Assembly (NCBI RefSeq): GCF_006345805.1
Contig: NW_021835304.1
Location: 1-40,847 of the forward strand
Length of the DNA stretch: 40,847 nucleotides
DNA from: Octopus sinensis
Taxonomy: Eukaryota
Direction of reading: 5' to 3'
In this document: piece by piece, positions 1 through 10,818 of the stretch
Numbering within the stretch: the first letter of the stretch is position 1
Layout: each line of letters starts with the position of its first letter
Notes under the pieces: generated by a model
Told to the model about the DNA's origin: nothing
The model's input: the letters and a program-made list of their open reading frames with translations, nothing else
The model's database searches: none
Translations under genes and position numbers: made by a program

Positions 1-730
1 GTTGTTGTTGTTGTTGTTGTTTTTTTGTTTACAAGGAAAAATGAAGAGGCGAAAAGGGCGAAAATAATAACAAGGTAAAAAGAAAGAAAGAAAAGATAAA
101 TCTCTCAGATAAATCTCTCGGTGAATTGTGGTAGTAGGGAGAGAGAGAGGTGAGGATATGAAGAGAGAGAGAGGGGGAGAAAAGGAAGAGAGAGAGAGAG
201 GGGGGGAGAAAAGGAAGAGAGAGAGAGAGAGAGGGTGGCACGAAGTCGAGGAAGAGGAATGTTACAGAATAAAGACGTGTGAAGGAGGAAGAAGAGGCAG
301 AAGCGGAAGGTAAAGGTTTGTTAATAAGTTAAAGATGGGTGAGGATGATGAGATGATGATGATGATAGGAGGAGGAAGGGAAGGAGGAAGAGGAGGTATA
401 ATGAATAGGTTATCGACGGAATTGGGAAAGAGCAGTATTAGCAATAATTAGGGACCGGTTTTCTTTTAAATTTAGGTGTGAAGTGTGGTGGTGGCGGTGG
501 AAAGGGATTTTTGTTGTTGTTGTTGTTGTTATGGAGGTATGGTGATAAGAATAAGGCTTGGAGGAGGGAGAATGTTTGGAGGAGGATCATGATGGTAGTA
601 ATGGTGGATTTGATAGCATTAGTTGGTTGGCTGGTTGGCGATGGCGGTTGTTGTGGGGGGTGGTGAGATTTTGGGGGTTGTGTTGTTACTAGAGTTGGAG
701 GTGGGAGTCGTTGATTGTGTTTAGGGCGCA
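1..730. repeat. Low-complexity purine-rich (GA/GGA) then GT-rich (GGT/GTT) tract
   Basis: Imperfect (GA)n, (GGA)n, (GAT)n and (GTT)n runs; the ORFs here are poly-S/L/P/G compositional artefacts. Confidence 0.85.
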
Positions 731-886
731 AGGCATGGCGGTGTGGTAAGGAGTTTGCCTCCTAACCGCATGGCTCCAGGTTCAGTCCCACTGTGTGGCA
801 CCTTGGGCAAGAGTCTTCTGCTATAGCCTCGGGCCGTTGAAATCCTTGTGAGCAGATTTGGTAGACGGAAACTGAAAGAAGCATGT

Positions 887-926
<40 letters not shown>

Positions 927-1065
927 CGTGGCTTTTTGGTAAGAAACTTGCTTCTCAACTTCATGGTCCCGGGTTCAGCCCCACTGCGTGGTACCTTGGG
1001 CAAGTGTCTTCTGCTATAGCCTCGAGTGGATTTAGTAGACGAAAACTGAAATAATCCCGTCGTAT

Positions 1066-1099
<34 letters not shown>

Positions 1100-1345
1100 A
1101 CACACACACATATATATACATACATATAGATATGTATATATTGGTGTGTCTGTGTTTTTCCCTCCCCAACTATCGCTTGGAAGCCGATGTTGGTGTCTTT
1201 ACGTCCCCGTAGCTAAGTGGTTCGGCAAAAGAGCCCGATAGAATATGTACTAGGCTTACACACAATAAGTCCTCGAGTCGATTTGTTCGACTAAAGGCGG
1301 TGCGGCCCAGAATGGCCGCAGTCTAATAACTGAAACAAGTAAAGG
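724..1345 (+). mobile_element. Two adjacent tRNA-headed SINE family A copies (724-~893 5' half; 925-1345 near full length)
   Basis: A-box-like TGGCGGTGTGGTAAG, B-box-like GGTTCAGTCCC, CORE-like GCACCTTGGGCAAG, internal (TA)n/(CA)n, 3' ...GGCCGCAGTC...TGAAACAAGTAAA; same sequence recurs about 10 times in the window. Confidence 0.9.
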
Positions 1346-2023
1346 AAACCCAGGATAGATCCTATTAAGCAGCCCTATAATCAAAGGCATTCCCTTCCAT
1401 GACCATTCCATCCATCTCTCTTGTGTAACAAATCTAGGATGATGATTAACCAATGTAGTTTTCAAACTTCAAGACGGTGAGGTGAAATTTAAGATAGATT
1501 TGGTTGCTATTTCTAACAGGTCGAAGGAACATACAGAGACATCGTGGTGCAGATATTGCTGCTGCTGTAACTACTACTGCTGCTGCTGCTGCTGGTGATA
1601 CTCCTTCTGGTGCTGGTGGTGGTATAAGTTTTTGATAATGGCAGATTTGGTGGACGAATAAGTATGGAGTGCTCAACAAGAAAGAAGAGCTTATCCTCAC
1701 CACCACCTCCACCACCACCACCACCCTCACCACCACCACCACACCACCACCACCACCACCACCACCACCACCACCACCACCGTCAGTACTCTTAAGTTGC
1801 GCGTTTCCGACAATTCTGTTGGTAATCCGAGCTTGTTTGTTTTCTTAAATCATTTGGTATTTAAACATACTTAAAAGATTATACGAAAGTTATGAGGAAA
1901 ATGTTTATCTTTATATTAAAAAAAAAAAAGAAAAAAACCCTAGAAAACTGTTGCGGGCGACGCGTTCAAAAACGGCTGTTTTGAAGCCCCCTTTTTTCAT
2001 TTCATTTCTGGGTCTCCAAACAT

Positions 2024-2404
2024 ACTCTTACTCTTTTACTTTTTTACTTGTTTCAGTCATTTGACTGCGGCCATGCTGGAGCACCACCTTTAGTCGAGCA
2101 AATCGACCCCGGGACTTATTCTTTGTAAGACCAGTACTTATTCTATCGGTCTCTTTTTGCCGAACCGCTAAGTGACGGGGACATAATCACACTAGCAATA
2201 CTAGGGGGACAAACACAAACACACACACACACATATATATACATATATACGACAGGCTTCTTTCAGTTTCCGTCTACCAAATCCACTCACAAGGCATTGG
2301 TCGGCCTGGGGCTATAGCAGAAGACACTTGCCCAAGGTGCCACGCAGTGGGACTGAACCCGGAACCATGTGGTTGGTTAGCAAGCTACTTACCACACAGC
2401 CACT
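2024..2404 (-). mobile_element. SINE family A, near full length
   Basis: Reverse complement of the family A head, body and AAAAGAGT-repeat tail. Confidence 0.9.
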
Positions 2405-2453
2405 ATGCAAGCCAGGTCTCTTCTTAATAACTTTATCCGTGAAACCGCATTGC

Positions 2454-2868
2454 TATCTCTTATCTTTTGCTTGTTTCAGTCATTAGACTACTGCCAAGCT
2501 GGAGCCCCGCCTTCAGGAATGAATCGACCTCATTCCCTCTTTTCTTCCTTTTAACTTGGTACTTATTCAATCGGTCTCTTTTACTGAACCACTCAGTTAC
2601 AGGGACGTAAACACACCAGCACCGGTTGTCAAGCGATGGTGGCGAGGGATTGGGGCAAACACACAACACACATATAAGCACGCACGCACGCACGCACATA
2701 TATACATATACGACGGGCTTCTTTCAGTTTCCGTCTACCAAATCCACTCACAAGGCTTTGGTCGACCCGAGGCTATAGTAGAAGACACTTGCCCCGGGTT
2801 CCACACAATGCGACCGAACCCAGAACAATGTGGTTGGGAAGCAAGCTTCTTACCACACAGCCAGTCCT
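2454..2868 (-). mobile_element. SINE family A, diverged copy
   Basis: Same motifs as 2024-2404 in the same orientation. Confidence 0.85.
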
Positions 2869-2908
2869 TGGGTAATATTTAAAGTAGTAATTTAAATAAA
2901 ATTCTAAA

Positions 2909-3303
2909 GGCGTAGGAGTGGCTGTGTGGTAAGTAGCTTGCTTACGAACCACATGGTTCCGGGTTCAGTCCCACAGCGTGGGCAAGTGTCATCGGGCCGA
3001 CCAAAGCCTTGTGAGTGGATACTGAAAGAAGCCCGTCGTATATATGTATATAGATATGTATGTGTGTTTGTATATAGATATGTATGTGTGTTTGTATATA
3101 GATATGTATGTGTGTTTACGTCCCCGTAACTTAACGGTTCGGAATTTGATTGTTTTCCATACTTACAGTTGAAAGAGTCTCAATGATCGAAACCGGTACT
3201 GAAATGTTTTTTTAGAATAAGTACTAGGCTTACAAAGAATAAGTCCTGGGTTGATTTGCTCGATCAACTGCTCCAGCATGGCGACAAAGAGTAAAAGAGT
3301 AAA
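2909..3303 (+). mobile_element. SINE family A, interrupted at 3143-~3212 by a foreign ~70-bp fragment
   Basis: GGCGTAGGAGTGGCTGTGTGGTAAG head and GAGTAAAAGAGTAAA tail; the insert matches 7104-7160. Confidence 0.85.
3166..3201 (+). ncRNA. Degenerate minimal hammerhead-like motif
   Basis: CAG-TTGAAAGA-GTCTCAATGATC-GAA-ACCGGT-A-CTG: stem I CAG/CTG, palindromic stem III ACCGGT, GUA triplet; core deviates from CUGANGA. Confidence 0.35.
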
Positions 3304-3439
3304 TATCTTAACAAAAATATTTCACAAATAAGTATGGATGTGTACACCTGTATGTATGTGTGTGTGCGTGTGCGCGTGCTTGCGTACGTATAAACAAAAG
3401 TACACCGCATTACGGATTTAAAACTACCGTTCCTATATG

Positions 3440-3718
3440 TTTGTACCTTATCGACAATCGAGAATATAATTTTGTATTCGTGTGGGCACGTTTCCCGTAT
3501 TTGACAAATCGGTAGCGGAGTTTTTAAACATTTTTTCCATCAGGGCTTGCAAAAGAATATTTGTGGTTATAAAATCGATTATTAAATGGCTACTCAGTTG
3601 CTTCAATATATGTTTTAGGTTAATCTTTGCTATTTATTTCTGCTTCAGGATTGTATATCATCACATTTTCCGAAGAATTGTCATCTAGTGGGCAATTCTT
3701 ACGAAGTCTGAGGTTGCA
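3440..3718 (-). mobile_element. Penelope-like element GIY-YIG endonuclease relic (pseudogenised)
   Basis: Minus-strand translation CNLRLRKNCPLDDNSSENVMIYNPEAEINSKD*PKTYIEATE*PFNNRFYNHKYSF, then KNSATDLS after a frameshift. This matches the PLE pattern CxC..CPL...IY...YIG.T..F..R..NH..SF...T.LS. Confidence 0.75.
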
Positions 3719-3983
3719 ATACGGTAGTGTAGTGCGTATATTAATGAATTAACATTGCCAGCACTTGCACAGTTATACAAATAAAGCAGTCCAATGTAGT
3801 TCAGACAGAACGTGTGTATAGCATTAATAACTCCAGTTTCTCTTCTTTATATGGACAAATATGAGCTGGCGGTCCCTGAGGAGGTATTAATAAGCGCCGA
3901 AACTTGGTACATTAATCTAATTTTTTTTTTAAATGCCGCTATTGAACTTTTACAGTGGTGCTTAAATTTTTGCGTGCATGCGT

Positions 3984-4032
<49 letters not shown>

Positions 4033-4045
4033 TGTGTGGTGTTGT

Positions 4046-4078
<33 letters not shown>

Positions 4079-4212
4079 CTGTGTGTTGTTGAGCTGGTGC
4101 AAGTTGTGTTTATAAACCAATATGGACAGTCTGTGAAATTGGAGCGAACATAGCAGGAAACAAATTGGTGTTGTGTTGTGTATGGGTTCATATTGGGGAA
4201 ACTCGATGGTTG

Positions 4213-4256
4213 GTTCATTCGAAGTTACATCATTAATGATGTAACTTCGAATGAAC
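4213..4256. repeat. Perfect 44-bp palindrome centred on TTAA
   Basis: GTTCATTCGAAGTTACATCATT|AATGATGTAACTTCGAATGAAC equals its own reverse complement, with no spacer. Confidence 0.97.
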
Positions 4257-4715
4257 AGAAATTCTAGCTCTGAAACAATGATGAAAGCGTAAACACATAT
4301 AACAGCTCAACATGCGATCGTATATAGACCACATACCTGCATGCATAGTCACTCAGCATACGCGAATATACACACCGTACTCAACATACAACCTCATATA
4401 AACACATAAATCTATACACAAATCCACGGGCACATATAAGCATAGATGAACGCATGCACACACACATATATAGACTTACGTGTTCACAGGCAGACATAGT
4501 TATGTATATATATATGTGCGCGCGCGTGTGTGGGTATGCGAGTGTGTGTATGTTACATATTTCTATACACAGGTTGAAACATAAGTGCTTGCTGTTTACT
4601 TACGAAGAGAATGTTACGTATATATAATGTCTACGCATGTAGAAAGACACACAACTACATGCATACACGCACACACACGCACACACACACACATATACAT
4701 ATATTTATATATATG

Positions 4716-4754
<39 letters not shown>

Positions 4755-5058
4755 GTGTATGTATGTGTTGTGAATATGGGTGTGCGCTGTTAATGTTTGC
4801 CAATCTCTATAAACACTCACCATTATGCAGCCCCATTTTCTCAGTGGTGGTCTGATATATATACACAGCAGCGGTTTGATGTATATAGACTTACTAGAGT
4901 TTTGATATATACACTTGCCAGTGGTCTCCTAGCAGTCAGACCGATCAAGGTAAACAAAACGTGATAAAATATAAGAGGTGTATTTCATTGTAATTATATA
5001 CACATAAATACAGACATTTTCACACGTTTGTACATACATATACACACACACATATATA

Positions 5059-5095
<37 letters not shown>

Positions 5096-5403
5096 GTACA
5101 TATATACATGTAAATATATATACATATATATATATATGTATATATATATTTATATATATATGTGTGTAGATATGTATGTATGTGTGTGAATGTGTGTGCA
5201 TAATTTTATACAACGAAATATGTCTAGTTTTGCTGTAAAACAATTATGGCGTTATAATCACGTGATATATCATGGTGGATGAAACCAAATATTTTGACTA
5301 GTCAAGTTTTTTTGCATCTTTTCCTCGTAGTTATATCTACACATACGCTCTCATTTCGACAACGTGTATCATATATATACATATATACATACATACATAC
5401 ATA

Positions 5404-5457
<54 letters not shown>

Positions 5458-5858
5458 GCAGTGCGCTTTCAATACGGTAAATAGTATAGATGAAATAATT
5501 TGTAATTCAAAACATTTTCCCTACCCTACTATAATGCTTAACTTCGGCGAATATAAAAGGACGCTGGTATCAAGTTCACAAAATCCCTAAGACTTGGTAC
5601 CCGAACAATACGTCTTTTTACAGAAATTGTGCTCGCATCACATGACAGCATTGTGAGTCAATTTTTCTCTCTAATTCTTCCTGCCTTATTTAATATCATT
5701 CCAAAAGAAATCAAAGAAAATCAAAGAAAGCACCATAATATTTATACAGTACCTGGAGAAATTCCGTGAAGAAATACCAGAAAAAATAAACATCATCCAG
5801 ATACATCTCGGCAAACAACAACTTTCTCTATATGTAGGCTATCGGGTCTCAAAACCAT

Positions 5859-6014
5859 GGCGTGCCTGTGTAGTAAGAAGTTTGTTTCAGAACCACGGGT
5901 TCAGGGTTCAGTCTTACTGCACGGCCAACTTGGGCAAATGTCTTCTACTTTATCCTCGGGCCGACCAAAGCCTTGTCAGTGGATTTGGTAGACGGATTCT
6001 AAAAGAAGCTCATC

Positions 6015-6020
<6 letters not shown>
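5859..6020 (+). mobile_element. SINE family A 5' half ending in microsatellite
   Basis: GGTTCAGGGTTCAGTC...CTTGGGCAAATGTCTTC...GGATTTGGTAGACGG followed by (GT)n(TA)n. Confidence 0.85.
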
Positions 6021-6062
<42 letters not shown>

Positions 6063-6116
6063 AAAAAAGAAGTTTGAAAACGCCACTATATTAGATAAAT
6101 TTTAATTTTCTTATGA

Positions 6117-6161
6117 ATTTTACATGTTTCGGTTCTTGAAAAAACGAACCTTATCAAAAAT
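6117..6161 (-). ncRNA. Degenerate minimal type-I hammerhead ribozyme
   Basis: Minus strand ATTT-TTGATAA-GGTTC-(10 nt)-GAACC-GAA-ACATGT-A-AAAT: stem I ATTT/AAAT, 5-bp stem II, palindromic stem III, GUA triplet; core differs from CTGATGA by two transitions. Confidence 0.55.
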
Positions 6162-6890
6162 ATTATAAAATGTGCAATGGAAAAGTTCATAATCGTTTCT
6201 TACTGGTCTCAATAGAATCCATGTGGTGGTGTTTTGTCGGTAGTTGGTATAATCGCTATATTATAGTTGAGTGTAGTGAAGAAGTCCATTATTGTTTCTT
6301 GCTGGTATCAAAAGGAACCGCTTTTTTGTTACCTTGTGTTCCAATGGTAGCAACAGTAGTGATTATTGGTCGTAGTAGTAACCTGTGGCTGTTACTGTTG
6401 GTCGTAATTTTGGCAACCTTGGTGGTGGTTGGGGTTGTAGCAGTTAAGCTGTGGCAGCAGCAGTAGCAGTAGTGGTCGGTTCACTGGCACTACTCACTGA
6501 CGTCACCTAATTCCAAACCAATCAAAACCAAACTTCAACGAATACAAGGAAAAGACCCATAACTGTATCCTGTAAGGAAACCAACCAAGCAGAACGACAA
6601 GCTTGACCACGGAAGAAAAATGTCATCAATTTTTTAACGAATCAAAATCAGATCTGCTCGCAGAAAATTTTTTTTTTATAAATTCATCTTTCCCTAAAAC
6701 ATACCACTGCAAGCGGGAGTGACTGTTTAAAGATCTGAGAAATTGTAATTCCCCCCACCTATATATATATATAATAAATAGTTACCAGGGTAGCAAAATG
6801 TTCACATAAGTGTTTAGGATATTACAGCCTACTTATAAAGGTAGAAATTCCAGGGTTCAGTGAAATGCTTTTGTATGACATAGATAGATT

Positions 6891-7014
6891 AAGAAATGGA
6901 GTCAAACACAAGTGTTATTCAAACCCTTTATACTTCCAACATATGTTTCGAGAAAGCATTATATATTGGAAGTATAAATGGCTTGAATAACACCTGCGTT
7001 TGACTCCATTTCTT
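6891..7014. repeat. Long inverted repeat (54-bp arms, 16-nt loop)
   Basis: 6891-6944 versus the reverse complement of 6961-7014: 49/54 identical by manual alignment. Confidence 0.95.
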
Positions 7015-7247
7015 ACAAGATTAAACAAGAGAGACAGAGACAGGCAGAAACAAGGAAAATGCCCCATATTCTTTTTATAAAATTTTCATCTAATTTTCCC
7101 AACATTTGATTGTTTTCCATACTTACAGTTGAAAGAGTCTCAATGATCGAAATGTTTTTTATAAAATTATTTTAGCATTCTCTACCTTGATATTTTTCTT
7201 CTCATATATATATATCAACTCGTGTGTTCCTTTTCAACCTTTACACA

Positions 7248-7295
<48 letters not shown>

Positions 7296-7601
7296 ATATG
7301 TATGTACACACACACACACACACTCACACATACACACACACACACACACCATTATAAGCATATATATTAATACATATAAATATAGGTGAGTTATGAGGGA
7401 TCTCTCCAAACGTTTACAGTTTTACCCACAGGTTTTTCAAAAAATTTTTTATCGCAACTGTTAGTATTTATATTCTGTTATAATTCTTATTCGATAAAAA
7501 TTCAGAGATGTATTCTGTTGGGTTATTCCAAATAGATAACCTTTAGCCAAATAGATTTCCTGGAGTTTTTAATATAAATAATAATAATAATAATAATAAT
7601 G

Positions 7602-7637
<36 letters not shown>

Positions 7638-7638
7638 T

Positions 7639-8336
7639 AAACATGTAATGAAAAGAAATATTACAAGTAACTGCAGAATATGTGGAGATGGACAAGAAAC
7701 AATAAATCATATTATCTCTAGCTGCCCAGTCCTGGCTAAGAAGGAATATATTCACAGACATGACAGAGTTGGAACCTACATACATTGGAAGCTATGCAAC
7801 ATTATGGAATAACAACAGAAAAAAGATGGTATAGGCACACACCAGAAAAGGTCACAGAAAACGAGAAAGCAACCATACTCTGGGATATGCCGATACACAC
7901 AGATAGAGAAATTAAGGCCAACAGACCAGATATAGTTGTCAGAGACCATGAAGAAAAGAAATGCTTTCTAATTGATGTATCAATACCGGCAGATGACAAC
8001 GTGTCTCTAAAAGAAATGGAGAAACTCTCAAAATACAAAGACCTGGAAATAGAGGTAACTAGAATGTGGAATCTGAAAACAGAAACAATTCCTATCATAG
8101 TAAGTGCATTAGGCATGATAAAAAAAATATTCAGACAAATACATAACAAAAACACCAGGACTGACAAACCATATACATACAGAAAATTGCAGTACTAGGC
8201 ACTGCACACATCCTACGCAGAACACTTTCCATACAATAACCATCAGAGCATCACAACAAATACAGCACATACCCAAGGCACACAGAGCTGCGCTCGGTAG
8301 TGAAGTGAAAGCACGCTATAAAAATAAAACTACTGA
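7639..8336 (+). mobile_element. R4/Dong-like non-LTR retrotransposon, 5'-truncated copy 1 (CCHC + RLE + 3'UTR)
   Basis: CRICGDGQETINHIISSC (C-x2-C-x8-H-x4-C, 7672-7725), RHD, RPDIVV...DVSIP..K..KY.DL, GTAHILRRTLSIQ* (stop 8237-8239); frameshifted; flanked by (TAA)n. Confidence 0.92.
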
Positions 8337-8353
8337 ATAATAATAATAATATA

Positions 8354-8388
<35 letters not shown>

Positions 8389-8428
8389 TAATATAATAAT
8401 ATAATAATATATATAATAATAATAATAA

Positions 8429-10007
8429 TGGATTTACCAAAGAAATAGATATGAAATTTGGATTAGAAAAATGCGCCAAAGTAACCATGAAAAGAGGAAA
8501 ACTAGTTAAGAGTAACAACATCACACTAGATAAACCAATGAAAAAAGAATTAGACCAAAGCCAAACTGACAATACTTAGGAATCCATGAACTAGATAAGA
8601 CACAACACACACAAATGAAATAAAAAATAAAAAAAGAATATTATAGACGAGTTAGATCAATACTAAAAACAGAGCTCAATGCTAAAAACAAGATAATAGG
8701 TATCAACACTTTAGCTGTCCCAGTTATAAGTTACAGCTACAATATCCTTAACTGGACACGAAATGAACTGTCCAAAATAGATAGGAAAACAAGAAAATAC
8801 TGACAGGATCTAGGATGCATCACCCAAAATCTGACATAGAAAGACTATATATACAACGTATAGAAGGTGGTAGAGACCTTAAACAGCTGGAAAACTACTA
8901 TAAAATAACCACCATAGGACTGCAAAAATACCTACTTCAGAAGGAAGGAAAACTGATCCAGATAGCAGCAAAACACGAGCAAAACAAAAAACTGTTCTCA
9001 GTATTTAAGGAAGCTGACAAATACAAACAAGAAATCATACCACCTAATAAACACAAAGAAGAAGAAGAAGATGATGAAGAAACAACAAAAGCTATAAAAC
9101 AAATGAAATCCAAACTAAAAATAGAACAGCAACGAGCCATGATAAACGATGGCAAGAAAAACCCCTTCATGGTAAATACTGCACTAAACTAAACGCAAAA
9201 GAAATAGACAAAGAAAATTCCCAGCAATGGTTGAGAAGCTCAGGACTCAAAGCAGAAACAGAGGGATTTTAATTGCAGCACAAGACCAAAGCCTCCCCAC
9301 CAGAAATTACCAAAAACATGTAATGAAAAGAAATATTACAAGTAACTGCAGAATATGTGGAGATGGACAAGAAACAATAAATCATATTATCTCTAGCTGA
9401 CCAGTCCTGGCTAAGAAGGAATATATTCACAGACATGACAGAGTTGGAACCTACATACATTGGAAGCTATGCCAACATTATGGAATAACAACAGAAAAAA
9501 GATGGTATAGGCACACACCAGAAAAGGTCACAGAAAACGAGAAGCAACCATACTCTGGGATATGCCGATACACACAGATAGAGAAATTAAGGCCAACAGA
9601 CCAGATATAGTTGTCAGAGCTCATGAAGAAAAAAAATGCTTTCTAATTGATGTATCAATACCGGCAGATGACACGTCTCTAAAAGAAATGGAGAAACTCT
9701 CAAAATACAAAGACCTGGAAATAGAGGTAACTAGAATGTGGATCTGAAAACAGAACAATTCCTATCATAATAAGTGCATTAGGCATGAAAAAAAATATTC
9801 AGACAAATACATAACAAAAACACCAGGACTTACAAACACATATAACATACAGAAAATTGCACTACTACGCACTGCACACATCCTACGTAGAACACTTTCC
9901 ATACAATAACCATCAGAGCATCACAACAAATCACAGCACATACCCAAGGCACACAGAGCTGCGCTCGGTAGTGAAGTGAAAGCACGCTATAAAAATAAAA
10001 CTACTGA
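8429..10007 (+). mobile_element. R4/Dong-like retrotransposon, 5'-truncated copy 2 (RT C-terminus, thumb, CCHC, RLE, 3'UTR)
   Basis: GFTKEIDMKFGLEKCAKV, YLG, RLYIQRIEGGR motifs, then a near-identical repeat of copy 1; several frameshifts and stops; ends CTACTGA then (ATA)n. Confidence 0.92.
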
Positions 10008-10029
10008 ATAATAATAATAATAATAATGT

Positions 10030-10250
10030 TTGTTTTAGTACTTTCTATGTAATCTCATGGTTTAAAACAAACATAATTTTCGGTTTTCCTTTTTTTTTAG
10101 ACATTCACTAGTACAACACTAGGTACAAAACCAAATACAAGGCACACTAGGCATAACAACAACATGACTTCCAACCTGTTGTCTCTTGAGGTCTCTGGGT
10201 GAGACTTGGAGCCAACTTGTACAAATATAAAGCAAAGTCAAACATAGAAT
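10030..10250 (+). mobile_element. Probable 3' end of a second (TAA)-flanked RLE LINE family
   Basis: Non-repetitive island between TAA blocks; starts with GTA CTT TCT ATG TAA (VLSM*, like RLE ORF termini) and runs into (TAA)n. The assignment is inference. Confidence 0.4.
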
Positions 10251-10269
10251 ATTAATAATGATAATAATA

Positions 10270-10310
<41 letters not shown>

Positions 10311-10333
10311 TAATAATAATAATAATAATAATT

Positions 10334-10460
10334 ATCCTACGCAGAACACTTTCCATACAATAACCATCAGAGCATCACAACAAATCACAGCACATACCCA
10401 GGCACACAGAGCTGCGCTCGGTAGTGAAGTGAAATCACACGCTATAAAATAAACTACTGA
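10334..10460 (+). mobile_element. R4/Dong-like 3'-terminal fragment, copy 3
   Basis: ATCCTACGCAGAACAC...CTACTGA, matching the last ~125 bp of copies 1 and 2. Confidence 0.92.
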
Positions 10461-10488
10461 ATAATAATAATAATATAATAATAATATA

Positions 10489-10519
<31 letters not shown>

Positions 10520-10535
10520 TAATAATAATAATAAT

Positions 10536-10661
10536 ATCCTACGCAGACACTTTCCATACAATAACCATCAGAGCATCACAACAATCACAGCACATACCCA
10601 AGGCACACAGAGCTGCGCTCGGTAGTGAAGTGAAAGCACGCTATAAAAATAAAACTACTGA
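10536..10661 (+). mobile_element. R4/Dong-like 3'-terminal fragment, copy 4
   Basis: Same sequence and same 5' truncation point as copy 3. Confidence 0.92.
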
Positions 10662-10754
10662 ATAATAATAATAATAAAATAATAATAATATAATAATATA
10701 ATATAATAATATTAATAATAATAATAATATTATAATAATAATAATAATAATAAT

Positions 10755-10818
<64 letters not shown>

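Noticed and set aside
1782-2020. Non-SINE repeat-like fragment, possibly a DNA transposon end
   Set aside because: No partner TIR, TSD or second copy in the window.
5700-5830. Possible RLE-LINE C-terminal remnant (…YLEKFREEIPEKINIIQ…)
   Set aside because: Similarity is too vague without an alignment.
6170-6466. 98-aa ORF with 33-aa periodicity as an ankyrin protein
   Set aside because: No G-x-TPLH-x-A consensus in any open frame; the tail is low-complexity.
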